The notes under the pieces: model-generated
Database searches by the model: none
The model's input: only the letters and a program-made list of their open reading frames with translations
Told to the model about the DNA's origin: nothing
Program-made: the position numbers and the translations under genes
DNA from: Candidatus Hermodarchaeota archaeon
Lineage (GTDB): Archaea; Asgardarchaeota; Lokiarchaeia; Sigyniarchaeales; SOKP01
Direction of reading: 5' to 3'
DNA length: 34,377 nucleotides
NCBI GenBank assembly: GCA_048885525.1
Contig: JBHLLP010000036.1
Span: forward strand, 1 to 34,377
In this document: positions 1 through 11,270 of the stretch, one piece after another
How positions within the stretch are numbered: the stretch's first letter is position 1
Layout of the letters: every line of letters starts with the position of its first letter

Positions 1-1610
1 CTCTTTTTTCCACGACCACCACGTCTTTGAGCTTGATACTCTTCTAAAGAGATTCTTTTTATATATTGATTTTTAGTGAAAATTACAATAGTAGTTTCTT
101 TTTTGACTAAATCTTTTTTTTCAATTTCTTTTATTTCATGGTGTTCAACCATTTTAATTTCAGTTTTTCGTTTATCTCCATACTTCTTTATTAATTCGGT
201 TAAATCATTTTTAATCAAATCTAAACGAACTGATTTTTCTTTCAAGATTTTATTATATTCCTTAATTTCAGATTGTAATGACCTTTTTTCTTCAACTAAC
301 TTCTCATGCTCTAAACTTGTCAATCGAGATAATGGCATGCTCAATATAGATTGAACTTGAATATCGCTTAATTCATAAGCTTCTATTAATGTAGATTTAG
401 CTTCATTTGTATCTCTTGAATTCTTAATTATATTTATTACAGTATCAATATCATTTAATGCAATTAAAAGCCCTTCAACTCTATGAAGGCGATCTTTTGC
501 CTTTTTGAGAAGATATTCAGTTCTCTTATAAATAATAATTAATCGATGTTCAATATATTCATTAATTAATTCTTTTAGATTGAGAATTTTTGGTTGTCTA
601 CCTTCGTTAACTAAAACTAAATTGGTTATATTAAATGTCGTTAAAAGCCTAGTTCTTTTAAAAAGAATGTTTTTTATTATTACTGGTTGGGCATTTTGAG
701 ATAAATCCAACACAATACGCATTCCTCTTCTGTCAGATTCATCACGTAAATCCCTGACATCTTTAAGAACTCCATCTTTTATTAATTTTGCAATAGATTC
801 AATTAAATCTGTTTTACTAATTAAATATGGAATTTCAGTGACAATTAAACTAGTCTTATTACCTTTTGTTTCAGTTTCAATAACTCCACTAAGATTAATA
901 GTCCCATTTCCAGTTGTATATGCATTATAAATTCCATTAGTATCAGTTATTATGCCCCCTGTTGGAAAATCTGGTCCCTTTATGATTTCCATTAATTCTT
1001 CTATTGATATATCAGGATCATCTATAGTTGCTATAATTCCATTACATACTTCTGTTAAATTATGCGGAGCCATAGAAGTCGCCATTCCAACAGCAATTCC
1101 TTTTGTCCCATTTAATAAGATATTTGGAAGTTTTGCGGGTAAATACAAAGGTTCAGAAGTACTATTATCAAAATTGGGTTGAAAATCTACTGTCTCCTTA
1201 TCGATATCCTCAATTAGCTCATTTGAGATTTGTGACAACCTTGCTTCTGTGTATCTATATGCTGCGGGGGGATCTCCATCTATAGATCCAAAATTCCCTT
1301 GTGGGTGGATTAAAGGATACCTTAATGAAAAATCTTGTCCCATTCTAACTAAAGAATTGTATACTGCCATATCACCATGAGGATGAAAGTTTCCTAAGGT
1401 TTCTCCAACTATTTTAGCACATTTAACATGAGAACTATTATAATACCAACTATTGACAGCCATAGCATAAATGATACGCCTATGAACAGGCTTAAGACCA
1501 TCCCTAACATCTGGAATAGCTCTTCCAATGACTACGCTCATAGCGTAATCAATATAACTGCTTTGCATTTCGTCTTTTAATAAAATCTCTTCAATTTGTT
1601 CTGAAGTCAA
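1..1610 (-). CDS. gyrA: DNA gyrase subunit A (3'-truncated by window edge)
   Basis: Not in the ORF track; translated by hand. TTG start at 1610 gives MTSEQIEEILLKDEMQSSYIDYAMSVVIGRAIPDVRDGLKPVHRR; later FHPHGD, the catalytic Tyr motif PAAYRYTEARL and the GyrA-box QRRGGRG at 9..29, all in one frame. Directly downstream of gyrB. Confidence 0.97.
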   Translation of the reverse strand, partial: MTSEQIEEILLKDEMQSSYIDYAMSVVIGRAIPDVRDGLKPVHRRIIYAMAVNSWYYNSSHVKCAKIVGETLGNFHPHGDMAVYNSLVRMGQDFSLRYPLIHPQGNFGSIDGDPPAAYRYTEARLSQISNELIEDIDKETVDFQPNFDNSTSEPLYLPAKLPNILLNGTKGIAVGMATSMAPHNLTEVCNGIIATIDDPDISIEELMEIIKGPDFPTGGIITDTNGIYNAYTTGNGTINLSGVIETETKGNKTSLIVTEIPYLISKTDLIESIAKLIKDGVLKDVRDLRDESDRRGMRIVLDLSQNAQPVIIKNILFKRTRLLTTFNITNLVLVNEGRQPKILNLKELINEYIEHRLIIIYKRTEYLLKKAKDRLHRVEGLLIALNDIDTVINIIKNSRDTNEAKSTLIEAYELSDIQVQSILSMPLSRLTSLEHEKLVEEKRSLQSEIKEYNKILKEKSVRLDLIKNDLTELIKKYGDKRKTEIKMVEHHEIKEIEKKDLVKKETTIVIFTKNQYIKRISLEEYQAQRRGGRGKK

Positions 1611-1658
1611 TTATGACCACTTTTTTATTTTAAATTTCTTTATTTAAATGAGTCTAAA

Positions 1659-3695
<2,037 letters not shown>

Positions 3696-4081
3696 TTATA
3701 TAATTTAATTTGTAAAAGTAAAATTATTCAAAAATTAATGAAATTTTAACTATTTACTTAGTAACTAGTGGTAACACACACTTTTAAATATTATTGCTCT
3801 TTTTTGGCATTCAATAGAGGGAAATTTTCATGATAATTTACCAAATTAAACCAATAGTCCATTAGATTTGATAGAATCTATTATTATTGATTATAACTTC
3901 AAGATTTTAGGTTTGTGAGCTCCATTTTTGATATTAAATTTTTAATGAAAAATTGTACTATTACTCACTCTTGTAATCATTTACTGCCACTTTTATAATT
4001 TCTTAAAGGAACTCATTCAAATTTTAAGTTCAAACTAATTATGAGTCTGAAAAAATAAGAAAAGAAAGATGATTAATTATT

Positions 4082-4282
4082 TTATTTTTTCTTGAGGAGT
4101 ATTATTGTAGATATAGAGAAAATCCCAATAATAAAATATAAATTATATCCTGGTATTTTCTCAAGAAATCCATCAGAATCTCTAAGAGGAACATAAAAGT
4201 TTAGGATATTAATAAATAAGTCTTTTCCAAATTCAGTCATGGTGTTTGGAGAAGCTATAAATCCCCATAGGAAATAGTAGAA
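4082..4282 (-). pseudogene. C-terminal remnant (or 52-aa small protein from ATG 4240) carrying a Loki-CTERM-type sorting signal
   Basis: Hand translation FYYFLWGFIASPNTMTEFGKDLFINILNFYVPLRDSDGFLEKIPGYNLYFIIGIFSISTIILLKKK*: IPGY motif, hydrophobic helix, KKK. In-frame TAA at 4283..4285 upstream; no signal peptide. Confidence 0.7.
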
Positions 4283-5136
4283 TTATGAATGGCTTTAGAC
4301 ATTTTTACGAACTCAAACAGTTGTTGCGTAACATCATGAGTACGAACTATATGTGCTCCATTATAAATTGCGATTGCTGTAGCTGCAAGTGTTCCATTCA
4401 ACCTTCTCTCGGGTTCTGGTATATTTAACGTTGTTCCAATAAACGATTTTCTTGATATAGCTACTAAGATAGGTTTATTCAATTCTTTAAGCTTAAATAA
4501 ATTTCCAATTATTTTTAAATCATATATATGTGTCTTTTTTTCAATCCAATGACCTATTCCAGGATCTAAGATGATTTTATTTTCATCATAACCTTTCTTT
4601 ATTAGAGTTTTAATTGTTTTATTAAACTCTTTAGAAATCTCCTCAAGTGTACATAGATCTCCTGGGACTTTTTTCGATGCCATAATAATTATTGGCAGAT
4701 CTTTATCAATTATAAAATCTACTAAGGATGGATCTGTTTTTAAGCAACTAACGTCATTAATAATAATTCTTTTGTTTCTTTTATTAGCGATGTGAAATGC
4801 AACCTCAGCAACTTCATTATATTGAGTATCTATTGATATTATTATATTATCGGGAATAATTTTGCATACATTTTCCATAGCATTTCTCATACGATTTATT
4901 TCTTCTTCTATAGTAATTTTTTCAGACCATGGGGCTGTAGAACGTCCCCCTATATCGAGAATCTGAGCTCCATTTTTTACCATCTCTGAAGCTGCTTTTT
5001 TGATTTTTTCTGGTTCTAAATAAACAGATCCTTTATAAAATGATTCAGGGCTTAGATTTATGACTCCCATTATTATAGTAGGAAAATCATCACCAATTTC
5101 TAAGAAATCATATAATTTCGTAAATATTTTCTTCAT
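4255..5136 (-). CDS. folP: Dihydropteroate synthase
   Basis: MGVINLSPESFY, LDIGGRST, ISIDT, IINDVS, LDPGIG, SRKSFI and VRTHDV motifs of the pterin-binding DHPS barrel. Confidence 0.9.
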   Translation of the reverse strand: MKKIFTKLYDFLEIGDDFPTIIMGVINLSPESFYKGSVYLEPEKIKKAASEMVKNGAQILDIGGRSTAPWSEKITIEEEINRMRNAMENVCKIIPDNIIISIDTQYNEVAEVAFHIANKRNKRIIINDVSCLKTDPSLVDFIIDKDLPIIIMASKKVPGDLCTLEEISKEFNKTIKTLIKKGYDENKIILDPGIGHWIEKKTHIYDLKIIGNLFKLKELNKPILVAISRKSFIGTTLNIPEPERRLNGTLAATAIAIYNGAHIVRTHDVTQQLFEFVKMSKAIHNSTISYGDL

Positions 5137-5150
5137 TATTTATCACAAAA

Positions 5151-5975
5151 ATGAAAAAAATATATCAAATAAGTATTATTCTATTATGTGCTATGGAATT
5201 AATTTCAATTAACCTTCCTCTCATTAAGAAAAATGATCGTTTATTAGAGATTATTATTCAGAATATAAAAAATCAAGAAAAATCCTTGATTGAAGGAGAT
5301 ATCATTGTTATAGCTGAAAAAGTGATTGCTACCTCTCAAGGAAGGGTAATAAAATTATCTGAAATTAAAGAGGTCTCAGAACAGGCTAAAAAATTAGCAA
5401 AAGATTACGACATGGATGAAAGATATGTAGAACTGATATTACAAGAAGCCTCCATGATTTTGGGAGGAATGAGACATGTTATACTAGCGAAAGTAAATGA
5501 TTTTCTTATAGCTAATGCTGGAATCGATCAATCTAATGCAGGAATAGGTAATGTAGTCCTCTTACCAAAAGACCTAAAAAAAGTTGTGTGGCATTATTGG
5601 AAAGAGTTAAGAGAAGCTTTTAGAATAAATAATTTCGGAGTTATTATTGCTGATTCAAGAGTTCAACCTCTAAGGAAAGGAACGATTGGAATTGCTATAG
5701 CAACAGCAGGTTTTGAGCCTATTGAAGATTTACGAGGTCACCCAGATCTGTTTAATAGACCTATGGAAATTACAATGAGAGCTGTAGCAGATGATCTTGC
5801 GAGTGCAGCTCAATTTCTATTAAGTGAAGCTGATCAACAAACTCCAGTAGTCATTATCAGGGACAGCAGAGTTGAATTTACAGATAAACCCCAATTAACT
5901 CCTGAAATGGCTCCAGAAGAGTGCCTTTATATGAATATTTTCTCAAAATATCTTCTTAAAAAGGAAAAAGAATAA
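5151..5975 (+). CDS. CofE-family gamma-glutamyl ligase (F420-0:L-glutamate ligase or FolC2-like); true start may be ATG 5193
   Basis: GDIIVIAEKVIATSQG, ANAGIDQSN, DLRGHPDLFNRPMEIT, ADDLASAA, TPVVII. Confidence 0.85.
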   Translation: MKKIYQISIILLCAMELISINLPLIKKNDRLLEIIIQNIKNQEKSLIEGDIIVIAEKVIATSQGRVIKLSEIKEVSEQAKKLAKDYDMDERYVELILQEASMILGGMRHVILAKVNDFLIANAGIDQSNAGIGNVVLLPKDLKKVVWHYWKELREAFRINNFGVIIADSRVQPLRKGTIGIAIATAGFEPIEDLRGHPDLFNRPMEITMRAVADDLASAAQFLLSEADQQTPVVIIRDSRVEFTDKPQLTPEMAPEECLYMNIFSKYLLKKEKE

Positions 5976-6012
5976 TTACTTGAGCGCTATAAACCCTCTA
6001 ATGTGAAGAAAA

Positions 6013-6621
6013 ATGGGTGATCTCTTTCGATTAAAAAGGAGTCAAGTTGATGCTACAGCTAAAGTGCTTGCTAGAGCTTTTGAACACGATCCATTACACA
6101 TGTATTACTTCCCAGATCCTACTACAAGAGTACAGCAAAATTATCATGTGATGAAATACTGTATTCGATTTAGTATGATGTTTGGTGAGGTTTATACAAC
6201 ATCACCTCGATTAGAGGGTATTGCTCTATGGCAGTTAAAGGATCCAGTTGAAGAGCTAAATAAACCAAGAAGTTTATTTACCAATTGGCTTACTTTCAGA
6301 TTAGAAATTGCTTTAGGAGAAGCTGTGGAAAAAATATATTCTATTTATGAAATAATGATGTCAACACAATTTGAACTTATACCCTCACCTCATTGGTATT
6401 TTTTCATCATAGGAATAGATCCTAATTTTAAACGCAAAGGATATGCAAGCAGATTGATAAAACCTATGCTTTCACGAATAAAGAGAGAGCAATTGCCTTG
6501 TTATCTTGACACTAATAATGAAGAAAACGTAGGATTATATCAACATTATGGGTTCAAAGTTCTAAAAGAATACCAATTCCCTGGAACAAATGTAATTAAC
6601 TGGTCTATGTTAAGAGAATAG
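6013..6621 (+). CDS. GNAT-family N-acetyltransferase
   Basis: LARAFEHDP; acetyl-CoA motif GIDPNFKRKGYASRL; YLDT..NVGLYQHYGF. Confidence 0.88.
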   Translation: MGDLFRLKRSQVDATAKVLARAFEHDPLHMYYFPDPTTRVQQNYHVMKYCIRFSMMFGEVYTTSPRLEGIALWQLKDPVEELNKPRSLFTNWLTFRLEIALGEAVEKIYSIYEIMMSTQFELIPSPHWYFFIIGIDPNFKRKGYASRLIKPMLSRIKREQLPCYLDTNNEENVGLYQHYGFKVLKEYQFPGTNVINWSMLRE

Positions 6622-6623
6622 TC

Positions 6624-7406
6624 TCAATTTTTTACCTCACATATGAAAATCTGACGTCTTGAATTAGGTTCAAAAGGTTTAAGTTCAGAATCTCCGTATT
6701 TAGCTTTGATTTCAAATCCATTATATTTAAGTATAGCATCTAACTCTTGTGGAAAGAAAATTCTCAATTTCATTTCATTACTTTTACTAATAATTTTATC
6801 TTCTATCGAGTATGTTAATCTCCATAGGAGCATTTGATTCGCCTTATCATATTTGGTATTTTCTTTAACACTTACTAAACCGCGTCCATCTGGGTCTTGA
6901 TATTCTGCGTTAGGGTAGAATTTTGATGGATCTCTTACTAAAATATCTAAGTTGGGGTTGAATGCATCAAAAATGAATCCTCCATTGGATTTAAGATGCT
7001 TTTTTACACAAATTAGGCAATCTTCTACACTTTTTAAATCTATTAATGCATTAAAAGCACATCCAGGGATTAAAATAAGATTAAATTTTTTATTTAGGTC
7101 AAAATTAGTCATATCTGCTTCAATCCATTTAATTTTTACTCCAACTTCCTTTGATTTTCTTTTTGCTTCTTTTAACATAGTGCTTAAAATATCTAAACCG
7201 GTTATTGATAACTTATTTTGTGCTATTGGAATTGTTACTCTTCCTGTTCCACAAGCTAACTCAAGAATGGGATCTCCATAATCTTTCGCATTCTTTACAT
7301 AAAAAGGAATATCTTCAATTAGTTTCCTACTTTCAACTTTTGCATCATAATGGCGACCATCAAGATATTCCAAAAGATCTGTATTTTTCATATTAAAGTA
7401 CCACAA
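6624..7406 (-). CDS. Class I SAM-dependent methyltransferase
   Basis: Motif I ILELACGTGRV, GLDI, EADMTNF. Confidence 0.9.
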   Translation of the reverse strand: MWYFNMKNTDLLEYLDGRHYDAKVESRKLIEDIPFYVKNAKDYGDPILELACGTGRVTIPIAQNKLSITGLDILSTMLKEAKRKSKEVGVKIKWIEADMTNFDLNKKFNLILIPGCAFNALIDLKSVEDCLICVKKHLKSNGGFIFDAFNPNLDILVRDPSKFYPNAEYQDPDGRGLVSVKENTKYDKANQMLLWRLTYSIEDKIISKSNEMKLRIFFPQELDAILKYNGFEIKAKYGDSELKPFEPNSRRQIFICEVKN

Positions 7407-7531
7407 TTATGAAGTTCTTTTACTTTACTTATTTAAAATTATATCTGATTATTTAATATTTCAGTCAAATTTTTTAGAATTCAATAATTAACTATGACAT
7501 ATTAATTGTAAACTAATCATTTAATTCGAAA

Positions 7532-8833
7532 ATGAAAGAATCGAAATATACAACAATCGAAGAGGCTATCCAGAAGGAATTAACTGGTGTTAATTTAAGA
7601 GGTTGGGTATATAGGGAAAGAAAATCAAACAAATTTGTTTTTATTATTCTCCGAGATGAATCAGATATTATACAATGTGTTATATCTAAGGAGAAGAATC
7701 CAGAAGTTTTTGAGAAAGCAGAAAACTTAACAATTGAATCTTCTGTTAAAGTCTCAGGTGTTTTAAAAAAAGACGATAGAGCTCCCACTGGTTATGAAGT
7801 TTCTGTCTCTGGTTTAGAAATTGTTCAAATTGCAGAGCCATTTCCAATTACTGAACATCAATCCCCTGAACTTTTATATGATAATAGACATCTTTGGATT
7901 AGATCGCGACAATTAAATGCAATATTAAAAATTCGTCATACTGTTGTAGGGGCAATTCATGAGTTTTTTAGAAGTCATGGTTATTACGAATTCGACGCTC
8001 CAATTTTTCAACCCAGTCAGTCCGAAGGTGGAGCCACTCTATTCGAAGTTAAATATTTTGATGATGTAACATATTTATCTCAAACTTGGCAATTATATGC
8101 TGAAGCGGGTGTTTTCTCTTTGGGAAAAATCTATAATATGGGACCAACATTTAGAGCAGAAAAATCAAAAACATCAAGACATTTATCAGAATTTTGGATG
8201 GCAGAAATGGAAGCTGCGTGGATGCAGCTTGAAGAAATTACTCAAGTTGCTAAAGATGAAATTAGATTTATTGTTAAGCAAGTCTTAAAACATAATAGAA
8301 AAGAACTAGAAATTTTAGAAAGAGATATTAGTTTATTAGAGCATTATGCAGAAGCTGAGTATCCTACTATTAAATATTCTGAAGCTCTAGAAATACTTAA
8401 CACAAAATATAAAATGAAGGTTCCTTGGGGTAAAGATTTGAGAACTCATGAAGAAGCTAAAATCGCAGATCATTTTAAGGTTCCTGTGGTGATTACTCAT
8501 TATCCCACAGAAATAATGGGTTTTTATAAGCCACCAAGCGAAGAGAATCCAAACGAAGCTTTATGTTTTGACATGTTGGCTCCTGAAGGATATTGTGAAA
8601 TAATCGGAGGGTCAGAAAGGAGCTTGTTGGTCGATGATATGATTAAAAGATTAGAAGCAGATGGAGAAGATCCAAAAAACTATGAATGGTATTTTGAATT
8701 GAGACGATATGGCAGTGTTCCTCATTCCGGTTATGGTGTAGGAGTTGAAAGAGTTGTTATGTGGCTTTGTGGAATAGATAATATTAAAGATGCCATTCCA
8801 TTCCCTAGAACTATGTTAAGAAAAGCACCATAA
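7532..8833 (+). CDS. asnS: Asparagine--tRNA ligase (archaeal type)
   Basis: N-terminal OB fold; YLSQTWQLYAE; motif 2 FRAEKSKTSRHLSEFWMAEME; EIIGGSER; motif 3 RRYGSVPHSGYGVGVER; PFPR. Confidence 0.9.
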   Translation: MKESKYTTIEEAIQKELTGVNLRGWVYRERKSNKFVFIILRDESDIIQCVISKEKNPEVFEKAENLTIESSVKVSGVLKKDDRAPTGYEVSVSGLEIVQIAEPFPITEHQSPELLYDNRHLWIRSRQLNAILKIRHTVVGAIHEFFRSHGYYEFDAPIFQPSQSEGGATLFEVKYFDDVTYLSQTWQLYAEAGVFSLGKIYNMGPTFRAEKSKTSRHLSEFWMAEMEAAWMQLEEITQVAKDEIRFIVKQVLKHNRKELEILERDISLLEHYAEAEYPTIKYSEALEILNTKYKMKVPWGKDLRTHEEAKIADHFKVPVVITHYPTEIMGFYKPPSEENPNEALCFDMLAPEGYCEIIGGSERSLLVDDMIKRLEADGEDPKNYEWYFELRRYGSVPHSGYGVGVERVVMWLCGIDNIKDAIPFPRTMLRKAP

Positions 8834-9050
8834 TATAGAAATCAAGATGTTGCATTTGGGGATTTTTTGATTATTATATGTTAATCCTTCTATTAATAAG
8901 AACTTTTTTTCAATTAGAAGAAAACTCACCATTAAAGATGATTATATTGACTCAAAAATTAATTAATAAAGCTTAAATATTTCCAGATTATAAATTAAAA
9001 TATTAATATTATTGTAAAACTGTTAGCTAATCCAATTTATTGTAAAAGGA

Positions 9051-9647
9051 GTGTGTAAAATGACTAATAATGAAACCAGAAAATTTGATGATAACGAATT
9101 ACGTACTTTAAATTTATTCTTTGGACTTATACTTGTCGTATTATCTATCTATGTTATCTTGTCATTAACAGTTAACGCAGAATTAATGATGATTTCAGTC
9201 AGTTTATTAATTATTGGAGCCGCATTTACTTGTATCGGTGTTGTTGATAAAGATCAACCTGAGAAGGCACAAAAGATAACAGTATTATTTGGGTTCGTTT
9301 TTACAGTTGTAGGATTAATAGTATTTTTTAATATTTCATTTATTACATCTGATCTGTTAATGCAGATAATGTTAGTTATCACGAATGTGATACTCGGAAT
9401 TGCCGGATTCGTAGCAATATCAGCGGTTTCATCTGAAAATTGGTCTGTTCAAAGAAGTAGACGGATAATGATCCTGATGGGGGGTGCACCTATGTTTGGG
9501 GCTTCTTTAATTAATATTGTGATTCTTATTTTTGGATTTGTTTTAAATACTGACTTTAATTATATAATTAGCATATTGCTATTCATTACTCTATTATTTC
9601 ATGGACTTGCGAGAATTATTATATATTACACTGGAATTTATGAATAA
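9051..9647 (+). CDS. Multi-pass membrane protein (about 6 TM, possibly DUF308/HdeD-like); likely start ATG 9060
   Basis: Six hydrophobic segments; GGAG upstream of ATG 9060. Confidence 0.65.
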   Translation: MCKMTNNETRKFDDNELRTLNLFFGLILVVLSIYVILSLTVNAELMMISVSLLIIGAAFTCIGVVDKDQPEKAQKITVLFGFVFTVVGLIVFFNISFITSDLLMQIMLVITNVILGIAGFVAISAVSSENWSVQRSRRIMILMGGAPMFGASLINIVILIFGFVLNTDFNYIISILLFITLLFHGLARIIIYYTGIYE

Positions 9648-9661
9648 CTTAAAATTAATTC

Positions 9662-9669
9662 TTTTTTTT
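9662..9669 (+). terminator. Possible archaeal oligo-T terminator
   Basis: T8 run 14 nt after the stop of 9051..9647; weak evidence in an AT-rich genome. Confidence 0.3.
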
Positions 9670-9749
9670 CCTATATCTATGTTAGGAATAACACCTTAAT
9701 ATAGAAAAATAGATGTTATAATTAAGTATTAATTAATAACTATTTTTTA

Positions 9750-11261
9750 TTGATCATAAAAGATTTTAATATTTTTAGTTTAGCCCTAATGAAATTCTAT
9801 GAATACATGGCACATGAGTTAATTGAAAAAATAAAGAATCAAGAACTTTCAATTCAAGAATTATTAGAAGTCTGTTTTCAAAGAATAGAAAAAACCGAGC
9901 AAATTTTACATTCGTTTGTTACTTTATCTAAAGACAAGGCATTAAAAAGAGCAGAATTACTCGATAATGATTTAAAAAAAGGTAAGAAAATTGGTAAACT
10001 TTGTGGTTTACCATTAGCAAATAAAGATCTTATTTGTGTTAAAAATTTCCCAACTACTTGTAGTTCGAAGATATTAAAAGATTTTCACCCTCCTTATAAT
10101 GCATATGTAATTGAGCGATTAGTTGAACAAGAAGGAGCAATCCATATAGGTAACACTAATATGGATGAATTTGCGATGGGTAGTTCTACAGAAAACAGTT
10201 GTTACGGTCCTACATACAATCCATGGGACATATCACGAGTTCCTGGGGGTTCAAGTGGAGGTTCTGGAGCAAGTATCGCGTCGGGGCAAACAATATTAGC
10301 TTTGGGAAGCGATACAGGAGGAAGTATTCGATGTCCAGCAGCATTTTGTGGAACAGTAGGTTTGAAACCTACATATGGAAGAGTATCTAGGTATGGTTTG
10401 ATTGCATTCGCTAATTCGTTAGATCAGATTGGTCCTATTACTAAATGTGTTTATGATTCAGCATTAATGCTTGAAATTATCTCTGGTAAAGATCATCTGG
10501 ATTCTACTTCAGTTGATATTAAAGTCGATAATTATACTGAAAATTTAAGAATCCCAATCGATAAGAAAGTTTTGGGGGTACCGAAAGAATTTTTTGGAGA
10601 AGGAGTAAATCATGAAGTAGAGAGCGCTGTAAGGAGATCAATTGATAAATTAAAGGGCTTAGGAACTAAACTAATTGATGTTTCAATACCACATCTTGAA
10701 TATACAGTAGCTACTTACTACTTATTATGCATGAGTGAAGCTAGCTCAAATTTAGCGAGGTATGATGGTTTAAGATATGGTAGTATAAGCGATAATCTTT
10801 CTGGTGATATATATGATGTGTTCAGTAGAACGAGAGGTGAGAGATTTGGACCAGAAGTACGAAGAAGAATTTTTCTAGGAACTTATGCTTTATCTGCGGG
10901 TTATTATGATATGTTCTACATTAAAGCTCTTAAAGTTAGAAATTTAATAAGGAATGATTTTATTGAAGCGTTTAAAAAATGTGATGCTATTGTATGTCCA
11001 ACAATGCCTTCCACAGCCTTTGAAGTTGGAGAATTTATTGATAATCCTTTACAGATGTATTTAGCAGACATTTTAACTTGTCCAGTTAACTTAGCAGGTA
11101 TCCCAGCATTATCTATTCCATGTGGTTTTGATAGTCATAATTTACCCATAGGTTTTCAAATTATTGGAGATTATTTTGATGAAAAAGAAATTCTTAATAT
11201 AGGATATCAATTGGAACAAGAGTTAAACATTTATCGAAAAATAGCTCCAGTTACCAAATGA
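9750..11261 (+). CDS. gatA: Asp-tRNA(Asn)/Glu-tRNA(Gln) amidotransferase subunit A; likely start ATG 9789
   Basis: NMDEFAMGSSTENS, amidase signature PGGSSGGS and LGSDTGGSIRCPA, EASSNLARYDG, GPEVRRRI.LGTYALSAGYYD. Confidence 0.97.
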   Translation: MIIKDFNIFSLALMKFYEYMAHELIEKIKNQELSIQELLEVCFQRIEKTEQILHSFVTLSKDKALKRAELLDNDLKKGKKIGKLCGLPLANKDLICVKNFPTTCSSKILKDFHPPYNAYVIERLVEQEGAIHIGNTNMDEFAMGSSTENSCYGPTYNPWDISRVPGGSSGGSGASIASGQTILALGSDTGGSIRCPAAFCGTVGLKPTYGRVSRYGLIAFANSLDQIGPITKCVYDSALMLEIISGKDHLDSTSVDIKVDNYTENLRIPIDKKVLGVPKEFFGEGVNHEVESAVRRSIDKLKGLGTKLIDVSIPHLEYTVATYYLLCMSEASSNLARYDGLRYGSISDNLSGDIYDVFSRTRGERFGPEVRRRIFLGTYALSAGYYDMFYIKALKVRNLIRNDFIEAFKKCDAIVCPTMPSTAFEVGEFIDNPLQMYLADILTCPVNLAGIPALSIPCGFDSHNLPIGFQIIGDYFDEKEILNIGYQLEQELNIYRKIAPVTK

Positions 11262-11270
11262 GGAAGAAAA

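Noticed and set aside
76-1285. Plus-strand ORFs 76..354, 952..1182 and 1103..1285
   Set aside because: Antisense shadows of gyrA.
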